Positions 36,153 to 50,500 of a stretch of 64,000 nucleotides of DNA are shown piece after piece. Every line of letters begins with the position of its first letter. Positions within the stretch are counted from its first letter, which is position 1. The translations under genes were made by a program, and so were the position numbers. The notes under the pieces are model-generated. The model was not told where the DNA came from, searched no databases, and was given only the letters and a program-made list of their open reading frames with translations. The stretch comes from Octopus sinensis (taxonomy: Eukaryota), in assembly GCF_006345805.1 (NCBI RefSeq), contig NC_043000.1, positions 88,474,001 through 88,538,000 on the forward strand, given 5' to 3'.

Positions 36153-39100
36153 ATGCTCAGAATAGGTAGTATAAATGTACGTGGCTTGGGGTCGCCTTGG
36201 AAACAAGGTACCTGTTAAATGACATCAAGTCACTAAATCTGAATATCATAGCCATCAGTGAGACCAGACTCCACAGCTTGCGAGCACTCCAGCACATTTT
36301 CGGTACACATTTCAACATTATTTTTCTCCGTGTCTACCGAGAATGGGCGGAGGTGGCACCGCGGTGCTTATCCGGAAGAGTCTGGATCTCAAAGTAAGAG
36401 CAAATTTCCTAGACCCGGGGGGTAGGCTGGTCATTTTAGATGTCGATGGCAGCAATGAGTGTGCTTTTCGACTGATAGCAGTTTATGCTCCGTCCTTAAC
36501 AGGCCGACCAGATTTCTTTCGACGTCTAGAGTCTTTCATGGGAACGTCCCGTCCTTTACTTTTAGTGGGGGATTGGAATGCCACCCTGGACACGCATCTA
36601 GACTACGTGGGCAGAGATAGCAATAGAAGGGGATGCAATGCCTCAAAGACCTGCTCAGACGTTCCAACTGTCTGACAGGTACCGACTGGACCACCCGAAT
36701 GTGCCAATGTGGACATGGAGTAACCGCATCGGGTCGTCCAGATCATACTTAGATAGAGTATTCTGTAGGACAATAGATAAAAATAGTGTAGGTTGTCCAC
36801 AATTTCATATAGTCAGTTACACAGATATCACAAGTTTGTGACTTGTACACTTGACTTAGATAAGACACATAGGCAGGGTCCTGGTTACTGGAAACTGAAC
36901 GCGTCTTTTACAGCACGACAGGTTTACAGGAACCGGATCAGCACATTAGTTAAGAGAGCTTTGACGGGTACCATCATCAACAACAGATGGTGGTATGCCC
37001 TAAAAAAAGCGATTAAAGCAAAATCAGTCAGATACAGTAGAGCCTAGCATTAGACCGAAATAGAATAGAGGGAGATTTAGTTAAGGTTTTAGAAGAGGCA
37101 CTTAGAACTGGCATCGCGTCCAACGTACTGGCGGCGAGATTGGCCCTCGACCAACACCTCAACGCCAAACACGAGGGATGCGTTGTCAGAGCTAGGATGC
37201 GTGCTCTGAGAACGAAGGAGTTGGATCCGCCCAAGAGGCCCGAGTGGTGGAGACGCAACGAGGCAACAGAGCCACCATCAAGTCTCTTATAGATGAACAG
37301 GGGCGCGAATTGCTCGAGCCTAAAAGGATGTGTGGGGTTTTTCAACAACACTTCACCCAACTGTTTGGGACAAGTGGTGAGTCAGAAAGCAGAGTGGACT
37401 TTAGTGCCTACCTGCATGCCTTGCCACGACTCTCAGCAAGGGAGGTGGAGTCTTGTGAAAAGCCTATCACAGCTGCGGACGTACAGGATGCGATGGTAGG
37501 CTGCGCGAGAGACAAGTCACCAGGCTTGGATGGTCTGCCCTACGAATTTTATTTTCATATGCCAGACTTGTTTGGAGGCGTCTTGGCAGCTGTCTACTGC
37601 AACTGGCAGCAGAACGGGAGTATTCCTGCTTTTGTAAAGCGAGGAGCAGTGGCACTGATCAAGAAAGACCCAAACAAGGGGGACGTCATAGATATTTCAG
37701 GCCCATCACTCTGCTCAACGCAGATTTGAAAATTTTGGCCAAGGTGTTAGCCGAGAGGTTGGCGCTTGTCATCAGAAACTAATCGACAAGGCGCAAACAT
37801 GCGCCGTGCCGGGTAGAAGTATTCATGACAACCTCCATCTGATGCGCTACATCATAGACGGGTAGTTAAAAATCCTGGCATGGGTGGGGCGCTGATCAAT
37901 TTGGATCATCAAAAGCCTTCGATAGGGTAGACCATCACTACTTGGAGGCTGTCCTCAAAGCGGCTGGTTTCGGTCCAGTTTTCCGCGGTTGGATCGCTGC
38001 CTTATACAGCGGCATCCGCTCAGTAGTTCGCGTAAATGGTCATCTATCCAGACCTTTTAACATCATGCGTTCGGTTCGTCAGGGATGCCCCCTCTCATCG
38101 CTGCTGTATGTACTGACTCTTGAGCCACTACTGCGGAAACTGGCGACGCTGAGGGGCATCCCACGAGAGCTGGGATGCGGGAGGAGCGTGTCTGCATACG
38201 CGGATGACGTCACCGTCATAGTGTCGAGCTACGAGCACATCGAGCTGGTCGGCGAGACACTGAAAGAATACGAAGCGGTAACGGGAGCAAAAATTAACCG
38301 GGAAAAGTCAGTGGGCTTGCGGCTCGGCACCTGAGAGAAGCCCCATGCCGTCCAACAGCGTCTCCATCGTGGGACGCGGACGGACGGACCGGTTAAATTG
38401 CTCGGGGTCTGGTTCGGTCCGGACCTCCAAATGGAGAAGAACTGGGGCGAGATAACGACTAGGGTGGCTACTCTCACCCAGAAATGGACTGAGAGAAAGC
38501 TATCCTAAAAGGTCGGGCGGAGGTGGCGAACGCGTACATCGCATCCGTCATCGAGTATCGTCTGACCGTCGTGCCTTGTCCCGACCCTACCATCACCAAA
38601 CTGGAACGCATACTCTTCCGCTTCTTGTGGAAGGGAAACGTTCCGATGGTTAGGCGATCCATTTGCTGCCAACACCCGCTAAATGGAGGGCTGGGCATGC
38701 CGTGGTTGATGATGCGCAGACATGCGCTGAGACTGCGACATCTCCGGCGCTTCATAGACAACGGTGAACAGGTGTGGTCGCCTTTTGTGCGGCGCGCTTT
38801 CCCGCAGCTCGTCTCCTTGGACAACTAACAGTCATGGATCAAGCAGAGACCGAGGCTAGGCGAATGGCACCGCGAGTGTCGCGTTGCTCTCAAGCAACTC
38901 TGCCGTCCGGGATCGAACTTGTGCGACTCCATCACAACAAAGGCATTCTATAGAGGATTAGTGGAGGGGAGGTGCGACGACGAACTCGGGCAGAGTCTGG
39001 GCGTCGACGAGGAAACCTGACCGCCTGTTCAGGACAACTTTCGGCCGGGACCTATGAACAATCACCAAAGATCCCTGGCCTGGCAGTGCTATCGAGAAGC

Positions 39101-39570
39101 ATTACCTGTTCGGGATAAGCTCTACAGACACGGTTCCAGACACACTGGACCGACTTGCCCGAGATGCGGTCAGAGCGACGAAACCGTTCTGCACGCACTC
39201 GTGCAATGTCCAACATTTCCGACCTGTGGGCTTATGCCGAACGGCTGCTGTCTCGTGTGGGACGAATCCGCCTATCGGCCGAGTCTATCGTGAGAATTGC
39301 TCCGCCCCCTTCCCTCAACCGGGAAGGCAAGGCAGTTTTCCATCGTACTGGTGGCCATGGTGAAAGAATGTGTGTGGTGGACTCGAGCGAAAGGATTAGA
39401 GACAAACACTTACCTCTCTGGCCAATCGCTCATCAACTTTTTCAAGTACCACTTGAAAAGGAAGGTGAGAATGGAGAGGGAACTTTTGTCTCGCGAAAGA
39501 TTCAAAAAAAAAGATGGGTGAATGTTGCAAAGAGATGGTGCGTGCTAGTAACGAAACCATTTTGAGCATG
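36153..39570 (+). pseudogene. ORF2 (APE endonuclease - reverse transcriptase - Cys/His knuckle), disrupted
   Basis: MLRIGSINVRGL, AISETRL, GDWN, SYLDRV; KSPGLDGLP, VRQGCPLS, YADD (38197-38208), GAKINREKS; CPRCGQSDETVLHALVQC. Confidence 0.92.
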
Positions 39571-39875
39571 ATCCTGTAGATCGTAAAAAGAAAGAAGAGA
39601 GCATTTTGACCTCATGTATTTATTTCCTCCTGACTGGGTTCCCGTGGTCTTTTCTGTAGGCTTTTCTTCCCACGGATGACCCAATCTTGTTATATCAATG
39701 TTTACATCATTATTCTCTGTGATACACGATTTCCTTTTTTTTTTCCTTTTTTTCCTCTCTCGATCCCTTTTGATCGCAATCTTACATTTTTTATTTTTTT
39801 CCACCTCGAAAAGAAAAGCTCTGCATTTGTATTTGTCCCCTCTATATTCAGCCCCTGTGGCTAATAAAAGAAAGT

Positions 39876-40035
<160 letters not shown>

Positions 40036-40559
40036 GTGTGTCTATATATCTATCTATATATCTATCTATTTGTGTATCTATCTAGAATATGCATGCACAT
40101 GAAATATACGTTTTGTAGAAAACAGTTTTATCTATCACAACTACACACTACACTACATACACACACATGTGTGTGCGTATATGTGTGTGTGCGTATATAT
40201 GTTTGTGCGTTTGTGTATGTGGTTGTGTGTGTAGTTTATGGTTATTAGATAAATATATTTTCTGTACAACATAAAATATATGCATAGATACACACAGAGC
40301 TACACACTTACACAAGAACTTACACACATATGAAAAACGTGTGTTTGTTTTCTATAGATCTAAAAAAAATTTTAAAGAAAGCTGGAGGTTTCGTCAATAG
40401 TGGACTTACACTCTTACATATTTGTCTGAGGAGTTTACACACACACATACATATATATATGAAAACCGGCATTGAAAACCAAAGAGCTTCAAAGGAACAG
40501 TGGGTAATCCAAAAATCAAACAGAACCCAAAGCGTTCTATTCATATGCAAATAAGCATA

Positions 40560-41175
40560 GGACCGCTGTCAAACCCGTTGATCCATTGACCGATGATAAC
40601 GGCATTCTCCAACATAATGCTAAAGAAATGATAGAAGTACTACAGAAACCATACTGCTCTGTCTTTAGTGATCTCACTGATATTGACGTAAGGGCTATTA
40701 ACGAAGTCGATTCCCAATATATATTCTCGGACATAACCTTTACTGCTTTAGACATCATAACAGCAAAAATGAGATCAAATACTATTCCCCGCTAGTCTCC
40801 TGAAGGAATGAAGACATCAACTTGCAGTCCCTCTAACCGACCGCCGAAGAAATTCTTTTGACTCAGGATATATACTGAAACAGCTTTTATCCCAGTGTAT
40901 CGTCCCGCAGTTTTCAAACAGGGAAGCGGATCCTTCGCAGTCAACTATCGCCCAAACCCACTCACCTCCCATATCACTAAAATGTTTGAAATGATAGTGA
41001 GATCAAAGACAGATGACTTTCTGGTCATTCAAACCAACATGGATTTCTCTGCGGCAGAGACTGTCTAACACAGCTCTTACACCACGTTAATCATATCCTT
41101 AAAGCTTTGGGATCAGGTTCAAACTCTGGTGTTTAATAATCGTGACTTCAATAAAGTGTTTGGCAGAGTTGACCA
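40560..41175 (+). mobile_element. CR1-group LINE reverse transcriptase fragment
   Basis: GPL...EMIEVLQKPYCSVFS, NYRP..LTSHITKMFEMIVRSK, NQHGFLCGRDCLTQL, DFNKVFGRVD; frameshifted. Confidence 0.75.
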
Positions 41176-41179
41176 GTGG

Positions 41180-42450
41180 AAAATGGCTGCCATATTCTAG
41201 GTTGTGTTGATTGTGTTGTGTTAGTCTGGATTAACGCCAATAAACATTCCCTTGGTTTTCTCACAATTGATATGTATGCCAAACCTATTTCCACTTGCTT
41301 TCAAGTTGTACGAGTATGTAATCTCTTGTATGAGCTCCAGGGTGTTACGTATGATTTGTCGCTGAAATCAAGATCAGTCAATGTTCTAAATTTCGATATG
41401 GTGCCAAAGCACTCACTCTTCTAATTTTCCATATGATTCGTCGATGAAATCAAGATAATTCATTCTTGTATCTTTCTATAAGATGATAAAGCCTGCCTTC
41501 TTTGATGATAATAAGAATACTGAAATGCTGCAGTTCTGATGGTCAGCTATCCCGATCACAAATATCTCTGTATAGCCTTCCTTGGTCACAACACAAAGGA
41601 CGGCTATAGGGAAAGCAACACAGCAACTGGAGCAGGAACTGAAGAACGTGAAGAAGTTGATATATTTCTCACGAACGATGCAGAGTCCTACTATTTCCTA
41701 TGATAGTACCCATCTTGAAGTCGATGTATTTGACAAGAACCGCGTAGGACCCAGAGCATTGTGCGATGATGCATGCAGTATGAAGATTTGTTCTATAGAA
41801 CACCTTCATATCTGAGAGCCAACCTGTTCTTCCCTAAGGTTGTGATTGATCTCTATCTTCAGTGACAAAGGATGATCAGGAAGATTACCTTAGCTAGTAA
41901 AACGACTGCCGAGGGAGTCAGCCCGAACGTCTTCATTATATCATATCGGTTTGAACAATTAAGTGAGCTGTTTCATTGTGATATCTCATCTTTGCTTCAG
42001 GAGATCTGCAGCGATCTCAACCATTTCTGCTGTTGCTTTGTAATGTTTTTAAGTAGCAGATGACTAGCAACTTCAGAACTTGTGATATCGCTCAACCGTG
42101 CCCTAAGATGGATGATGTATGGCTATCTTTCAAACTTCTTGAAGGTTAGGTTGAGAGGATGTTGCAGGTGTGTTCAAACCAACATTTAACTTGTAGACGC
42201 TTGTCCAGAAGACTCGACCTCTGTTCCAGACTGTTCCTCTGAATTCGGCTCAGTACTTAGAACATTCCATTGTACCGCCACATGTCCTCTTCGGCTCTAT
42301 ATTCTAATCATGTTCTTATTTCATTTTGACAGTTTTTCTTAACTTCTGGTGGTTTGCACTCCTCGTTCAATTCCGTCCATTCATTTCTGGGATGTTTTGA
42401 TTCGATCTCTTTTCTTCACTCTCTGTTTTGCAAGTGATTACTTCAGATCA
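41180..42450 (-). mobile_element. RTE-like LINE reverse transcriptase fragment
   Basis: Minus-strand IEQIFIL, LTDLDFSD (LTDLDFADD-like) and GIHINCEKTK motifs; heavily decayed. Confidence 0.6.
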
Positions 42451-43387
42451 AAGCAGGTAATCTTTCCATCAAATCCCCATTCTGCGTACAATACTAGCTA
42501 TATCTGTTAACTGTAAATTTGAAACCCTGGAGCATTAATTTTGACTGCTCTTAACATAGATCAGAAGGCTGTAACAATCGAAGTTCGCTTAAATAAAATC
42601 ACGGGTTAAGCATATTTATCACGAGCAAAGTAAATTTATGAGCCAAATGTTGAAATATCCAAACTGGGAAGGTTAGGTTTTAGATTTAGATTCTCTCAGC
42701 AATAAATGCCATTTGTTTTATAATTTTGTCTCCTTTTCGGTACTTAATGAAATAATATACAGATTTGGGATTGAGGAAATATAAGACATATAATGCATTA
42801 AATTCAAAAGGGTCCATTATCTTTTCATATGTTAAAGAAATATACTTTGTATACCATTTAAAACTGATCTGCTACATCAATACTTCGTTCACCTTAGAAG
42901 TCTTTGAGTTCAAGTTGCTACAACACATCCTGCTATTTTAAGAGAGCTATCCAATGCAATTGGAAGCGTTTGATTGAAGGAAATTAGATATGTTTTTATT
43001 CTTTGCAGTTTTATCTACTTGCTATTTTTGCTCCTTTAGCATTTCAAAATTATCTCAATTAGTCAATCGAAATATCTTGAAAAGAAATCGATCATTTAGC
43101 TTTCTTTATCAGGAAATACCCTTACACATTTTTTCATGTACGTTTTCATGTGATTCCGTTACAATATAAAGTAAACATATTGGGATAGCGAAAAAATATA
43201 GTGAAACGGTCTTCCAAACAGGAAATGAAAGGGATTGTACAGAACAACTTTGTATTGTTGTATCTATGGAAACTGAGATGTATTAATGACCTTTATTTTA
43301 TTATGTAAATGTTTCTGTATAGTTTATTTGAATTTTGATAACATAAAAAGATTGCTAGACCTTAGATTACACATGTTAAACTACAAC

Positions 43388-43439
43388 GTATGCGGATACG
43401 TATAGTGATATTACAATGTCACCATACGTATCTGCATAC
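43388..43439. other. 52-nt near-perfect hairpin (pre-miRNA-sized)
   Basis: GTATGCGGATACGTATAGTGATATT-AC-AATGTCACCATACGTATCTGCATAC: 24 of 25 positions pair (two G-U, one A-C mismatch). Confidence 0.6.
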
Positions 43440-45123
43440 ATATATAGTCGCGATTATTTTATAATATGGGGAGAAGTATGTAATTATGTTATACTGTAAA
43501 GGCACATGTGATTGTATTGTATGTAAAGAATTGTCCTATGCTCTCTATTAATTAAGTATCATAAATTTTGTGCCTGATGTTTTCTGTAATTTGCATATTT
43601 TACGTTGTTGTGTTTTAAAACAAGTATATATCTGCTCGATATATTATTCCGTGACAGCTATTATTCAGTAGACATGATTTAGATAATAAGTTGTGACTAT
43701 GATGCCAATTAATTTTATTTATATTGTACAATACATTAACTATTCTGTGGTGTGTACGTTTCAGCGTAAATTACTTATTTGTTCGTTATTTAATGTGAAT
43801 TTTATTCTGTGGTGTCGTTTAGAATATTTACGTATAGTTCAGTGTGATATATTGTAATATCTTTGTAGACTAATTTAGATGAAGGTCAGTGTATTGTATG
43901 TATAAACAAAATGTACTCAACTACTGTTAACTAGATTTCAAATACTGGCCCTAATTCAAAGGAAAAGTGTAAAACACTTTCATCTTATGAAGCAATAAAA
44001 ACCAATGTGTTTAAAATTTGCGCCATTGGTTCATGATACTTTTTGGTATTCCATGATATAATACTCTGGTAATACAAGAATCGCATATGTCATAAAAATA
44101 CAACGTTTAGTTGTAAAACTACTCTCTCTCCCTCTCTCTCTCTTTCACTTTGTCTTGCTCTCTTTCTCTTTCTCTCTATCTTGCTCTCTCTCTCTCAGTC
44201 TCTTACTCTTACTTTCGCCTTCTCAGTCTTGCATTCTATACTAGCCATTCTTTCTTGATTCGTTGCATTGCATTATCGTACAATTTTATGCATGATGTAC
44301 TTCAAAGCACTGTTCACAGAAAGGTGCAACCTCTTCCGATTTACGCATGTTTGGTTTGCTTTAGCGTTCCACTTTTGCATCAAGTATTCCTATTGTTTTA
44401 TAGCAGTAAACTGCGATTGTTCTACAATACACTCTTTATAGCTAAACCAATACTGACATGCCATAAATTCATAATGTCATTAATATATATTTTATATATG
44501 TACATTATAACAGTCATTGATCTCTAACATGACGTAGCTTAGAGATTTGCTATAGAAGTTTATTAACTTCATATTTGAAACGATATGAACTTCTGAAATA
44601 TTCACTTACCTTGTAAATGGTTTGTCACAACTATAATGTATAAGAATGAGAACAAACAATTATTAAGGTAGTTAAGAGTAATAGGTCAGTATTAAAACTA
44701 TAATATACTGCATTTCTCGGTAAGGCATTTCAAAGAATCCATAACGACACTTTACCTTAGTGATGACATCAGCACTATAAGAATGCGTATAAGAGTTAAT
44801 CTATGCATGTATCTACATAACTTTATTGGTTTCGTTCTGGTTTGTCTTGTGTCTCTCTCTTTCTAAATCAGTGTCATTTGCTCCTTTTATTTATTAGAGT
44901 AAAACTCACAGAGAGACAGACACAAATGCATACTTACATACACACACTCACACATATATGCATACTATCATCCCCAATAACCGTGTGACAATTGGGTTCT
45001 ATAGCAATACGGCTGCGAAATCCATACCATCAGCCATAATAATAAAAGTAGTGATAACAATATTATCAGTAGTGATGATATGAATAATAACAATCATAAT
45101 AATAATAATAATAATAATAATAA

Positions 45124-45163
<40 letters not shown>

Positions 45164-45184
45164 GTAATAATAATAATAATAATA

Positions 45185-46381
45185 CAACTGGCATTAGCAA
45201 TGAAGAATGTTACAATTAGCCTAGACACCCACCTGAAAAACTCTGAGGACTGGATGTTAAAACTTGTCTCAAAACACGAAAACAAGAAAGCATCATACTC
45301 AGTAATAAAACAGGCAAAGGAATATCTAAGTGAATATAACAAATTCCGGAAGTAAATATACTAGAAACAAGAGCAAATAAAACTAAGCGCATGAAAACCC
45401 ATGCTAAAACTGCTGCCTTAGATATCTTGACTGATAAATGGCAAGAAAAACCTCTCAATGGCAAATACTCAAAGGGAGGGAATAATGCCGATGTTGACAA
45501 ATCCCTTACCCATCAATAGCTAATGGCTTCTTGCTTAAAATCTGAAACAGAAGAGTTTATCATAGCAGCCCAAGATCAATGCCTATCTACAAGGAACTAC
45601 CAGGCCAACATATTAAAGAACGGCAGTAGCCCAACATGTCGTGTATGTCAACAACAACAAAAAATGAAACCATTGATCATGTTGTCTCCAAGTGCAGTCT
45701 TCTTGCGCCTATAGAGTATCTCAATAGGCATGCTAGAGCTGCACAATATATTCACTGGGTAATTTGCAAAAAACCTCGACTTGTCCCATGATAAAAACTG
45801 GTGTAACACAAAACACCTCCAGTGCTTGAAAATGATCACATCTCATTTCTCTGGAACTTCACTATTCAAACTGACAGAAAGATAGATGCAAATAGGCCAA
45901 ACGTTAAAAAGAAAGACTTCAGACGAAAAACATGCCTCCTCATTGATATGACTGTCACAATCGATAAAAACGTATTTGTCAAGACCTACCAAAAACTGAG
46001 CAAATATAAAGAACTTGAAATAGAAATTAGCAAAATGTTGAACCTAAAGACTAAAACAATACCTGTTGTCATAGATGCCCTAGGAATGATGGCAAAAGGG
46101 GTCGATTGCTACCTAGCTCAGATACCAGGAAACCCCAACATGGCAGAAATTCAAAAGGTAGTGCTCATGGGAACTGACCATATCCTGCGCAAAATACTTT
46201 CTATGTAATCTCAAATTTCAAAACAGAGTTTTCTTATGGTTTCTTAAACAGTCTCCAGAACAACACTATATACAAAACCAACTATATGGCACCCTAGGCA
46301 TAACACCAATATGAACTTCTCACTTGTCTTTTGGGGTCTCTGGGTGAGACTTGGAACCAGCTTGTACAAATGTAAAACATA

Positions 46382-46385
<4 letters not shown>
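45185..46385 (+). mobile_element. R4/Dong-like LINE, 5'-truncated (copy D1), (TAA)n on both sides
   Basis: EEFIIAAQDQCLSTRNY, CRVCQ, LWNFTIQTDRKIDANRP, CLLIDMTV, KYKELEIEI, VIDALG (CCHC plus PD-(D/E)xK endonuclease). Confidence 0.88.
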
Positions 46386-46421
<36 letters not shown>

Positions 46422-46469
46422 TAATAATAATAATATAATAATAATATTAATAATAATAGTAATATAATG

Positions 46470-46502
<33 letters not shown>

Positions 46503-46649
46503 GTAATAATAATAAATATTAGTATAATAATAATAATAATAATATAATAGTAATAGTAATAGTAATAGTATAATAATAATAATATAATAATAATAACAAC
46601 AACAATAATAACAACAACACAACAACACAACAACTAATAATAATAATAA

Positions 46650-47042
46650 TATAAAGATCTTGAATAGAAATAGCAAAATGTGGAGCTGAAGACTAAAACA
46701 ATACCTGTTGTCATAGGTGCCCTGGGAATGATAGCAAAAGGGCTGATAGCTACCTAACTCAGATCCAGGAAACCCAAAAATGGCAGAAGTTCAAAAGATA
46801 GTGCTCATGGGAACTGCTCATATCCTACGCAAAATCTCTCTGTAACCTCAAGTTTAAAACACCATAATTTTCGTTTAAAAAAAAAAAAAAATTTTTTTTT
46901 TTTTTACATTCATTAGTAAAACATCCACCTCAATATATGGCACACTAGGCTAACAACAACATGAACTTCCAACCCTGTTGTCTCTTGAGGTCTCTGGGTG
47001 AGACTTGGAGCCAACTTGTATAAAGCAAAAGTCAACATAAAT
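46650..47042 (+). mobile_element. R4/Dong-like LINE 3' end (copy D2, same family as D1), (TAA)n on both sides
   Basis: AAGACTAAAACAATACCTGTTGTCATAGGTGCCCTGGGAATGATAGCAAAAG...GGGTGAGACTTGGA closely matches 46048-46360. Confidence 0.88.
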
Positions 47043-47043
47043 A

Positions 47044-47078
<35 letters not shown>

Positions 47079-47079
<1 letters not shown>

Positions 47080-47455
47080 GTTTTGCCATGAAACTAGCAG
47101 TACAACGCCAAAGAAAGTTAGTTAAACATTTTCTCTTCCTCTTTCCTCATTTTTTCTCGTTTATCTTCTCCAATTATTCCTATCTTGCTACTATAAAGAA
47201 AGGATCGTTTTGCCATGAGGCCAGCAGTAAAATGCCAATGAAAGTTAGTTAAACATTTCTTCTTCCGCTTTTCTTTTCTTTCTTTTTTGTTTACCTTCTC
47301 CAAATATTCCTATCTAGCTACGGTAATGAAAAGACCGTTTTGCCATAAGGTTAGCAGTACAACGCAAAAGAAAGTTAAACATTTCGTCTTCCTCTTTTCT
47401 TTTTTTTTCTGGTTTATCTTCTCCAAATATTCCTATGTAGCTACTGTAATGAGAC
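47079..47455. repeat. Diverged ~129-bp minisatellite, 3 copies
   Basis: Units start CGTTTTGCCAT at ~47079, ~47207 and ~47337 and share AGTTAAACATTT and TCTTCTCCAA.TATTCCTAT. Confidence 0.85.
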
Positions 47456-47529
47456 CGATGCGCCCACTCCCCCCCACCACTACCACCTCTTCCCCGTATT
47501 CAAACTGGGAACGATATAATTATTCTTGT

Positions 47530-50500
47530 CTTTCTTTTTTTCTTCGGTCGGGACGTCGGCAACTAAACCGGCAACCCTGCAGAGCTTGCTCTGTGAGGAT
47601 AGTGTATGATTCTTGCTATTTTGACACTCTACAAGAAGAAAAACAAGACTTGTATTAAGGTTAATAAACTCTTACGAGGCAACAGCCACCAAAATAGTAC
47701 ATACATAAGAGGCAGAAGCAATCATAATGCTTGAAAACCCCTTCTAGGGGAATGAAACGCCAAAAATTAAACTAAGGTCACAGGAATCCTATATCCTAGG
47801 GTGGAGACCCTGTCAGTGATGGTGTCATAGGAAAAAGAATACTGGTGGTTGTGTTGTACAATCTAAAATTCACTAACAGCTATCATGGGTGCTGAAATGT
47901 CAAATAAAAATACAAATGAGAACGGCATGAATGAGGCTGGAAGACTTTGTGTCTCTCGCCCGGCGGGTGCCCCACGGATGAACTGCGTGGGCCTAGTCGT
48001 CATCAAGCAACTACTAAAAGAAAAGTGAATGAAAGAAATGAATGTGGATTTAATGATAATGAAGTATATAGCTAGGGGATATAGGAAGAAAATGCACAGG
48101 GCATGGAACGACAGAGGCCTATTTGAACTAAGTGAACAAAATCTGTGTGACCAATCTAGAGCCATCAGAAAGAATGAATGGTTATCTCCATTTGAACTGA
48201 GAAGCATTAAGAGATGGGTGCTTAGGGATAGTAAGACCAGCGGTGAACGGAAGGATGAGGAAGAAAATGCAGATAGTGAAACTATCGCAGTAGAGTTAAA
48301 GGAAGAAAACGAGCATGAGGCAGGGATTATCAATCAGGAAAGTGATAAGAGAATCGAGGAACAGATATCAATTTTAAATGAGATCATTGATATATGGACC
48401 TCTGGTGAACAGAGCTTTCATACGGGGTTTAAAAAAGTAGACAGAAATAAACTAAAGGATGGATCAAGAAGATAAATGATATCACTGGTGATATCAGGAC
48501 TGACAACATCACAGACACCAACAATCTGATAAATGCAATCTCGATCTTTATAGCCAGGAAATTAGGTTTGAAAGCCAAAGGTAAATGTCAACATAATCTG
48601 AAGGAACTATGGTGGAAAAGGAAATTAAGGCAGTTTATTATCGAGACTAGAAAACATTAATATTCTAGAACGGAAAAAAAAAATGAAGTTCAGCGAGGGA
48701 AATATGTTGAGCTAAGGTGATAAGTATAGGGTGATGAAAACGGGAATCAGTGTTGTGATTGAGAAATTAAAACAAATGATGAAATCTAAAGCACATAAAA
48801 TAAAGAGATATGAACAGTGAATTGAGCAGAACAGATTAAACAGACTTTTCGACCTAAGGCATCTAATTAGCAGAAGGCCAGACATTAAAATTATTGAAAG
48901 AAGAAGAAAATTATAAGTACGAGAGGCGTTCAATAAGTAATCCCTGACCCACTTCCCATAGCAGTAGAGCAACGAAACTTGGCACAGTTATTAGTATTTT
49001 TCTACATAGGAACCACCCAGAGTTACGCATTTCTCCCATCGTTTGATGCGGCTCTGGAGACCGTTTTTGTAGAAGACCCCAGCTTGGTCCTCCAACCTCA
49101 ACGTGACTTCAGAAATCAAGGCTGCATCATCTGGGAAACGCTTTCCTTTCAAAAACAACTTCATGATTGGGAAGAGGTGAAAATCAGAGGGTGCAAGGTC
49201 AGGAAAGTAGGGGGGGTGGGGAGGAGTTCATAGCCATACGCCTGTGCTTCTGATCTGGCGACAAGCGAGTTGTGGATCGGAGCGTTGTCCTGCAGGAGGA
49301 GGATGCCTTTGCTGATCTTGCCCCGCCTCTTGATTTTGATAACTTCTCTTAATTTCTTCAAAAGTGAAGCATAATAGGCTCCTGCAATTGTGGTACCCTT
49401 TGCCAGGAAATCTGTCATCACTACTCCGTCCTGGTCCCAGAAGACTGTGAGCATGACCTTGCCAGCGGAGGGCTGCACCCTTGCCTTCTTTGGAAGGGGT
49501 GCGTCACGGTGCTTCCACTGCATTGACTGGGCTTTGGTCTCTGGATCATCGTGATGGACCCAGGTTTCATCCTGTGTAATCAGTCTTTTGAAAAATTTTG
49601 ACTCATCTTCTTGTCACATCTCCAAATTCACCCTCGAGCACTCGACGCGTTCTTGCTTCTGGAAAGGCGTGAGCAACCTGGGAATCCATCTGGCAGACAC
49701 CTTTTGCATATGCAAATGATCATGAATGATAGTTTCCACAGACCCGGTACTAATCTTGACCTCATGGGATATTTGGCGAATAGTTATGCGTCGATCTTCC
49801 AAAATGGCAGCCTCAACTTGATGGACAGATGCCTCATCAATGGCAGAAGGGGGCGACCAGATCTGGGAGCTGTTTCCACAGAGTTCCGACCATGTTTGAA
49901 TTCACGATGCCAGCGTTTTACAAGGTCATATGATGGGGCATTATCACCATAAGTTACTTTCATTTCATCAAAAGTCTCCCGTGGTGTGCGTCCTTTCAAA
50001 TACAAAAACCGGATCACTGCTCGACACTCAACAGGCTCCATTTCATACTTGACTCGGTTCAGACACCTGTAAGTCAGAAACCACAATTAATTCAAAGCTG
50101 CAATTTGCCACTTACTCTATAGAGATACAAATAATTGCACATGCAAAATTTCAGTTAGATCAAACAACTGCAAGTGGGTCAGAGGCATTACTTATTGAAC
50201 GCCCCTCGTATATAGTAGTATTAGAATCTTACAGAATACTAACAATAGAAATGAAAACGAAAATTGAGAAGGAGTACATCAGAAGTGTGAGGAAGCTAAT
50301 GAAGTTAAAGCTAAATGACCCTAATCTAGTGAAACTTGTAATACTTGGGCAGTTTCATTACTTAGATACTCAGCAGCTTTGACAAAAACTGAATTAGCAA
50401 AGCTAGACAGAGGTACTAGGAAGGAATTCAAAATGAAAAGGAGCACTCCACCCAAGTCTGGAGTAGCAAGATTATACTTACCTAGAAAGGAAGGCGGAAT

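Larger units (their letters stand above)
33748..39875 (+). mobile_element. Near full-length Tx1/L1-clade non-LTR retrotransposon (frameshifted)
   Basis: Two-ORF layout, AATAAA at 39863, and (TATC)n on both sides. Confidence 0.92.

Noticed and set aside
44150-44527. 125-aa ORF
   Set aside because: It starts at a non-ATG codon in a (CT)n tract, with low-complexity composition and no motif.
47540-47610. HDV-like ribozyme at the 5' end of Dong-like copy D3
   Set aside because: A hairpin (GCAGAG-CTTG-CTCTGT) and a CTAA are present, but I could not build the nested double pseudoknot by eye.
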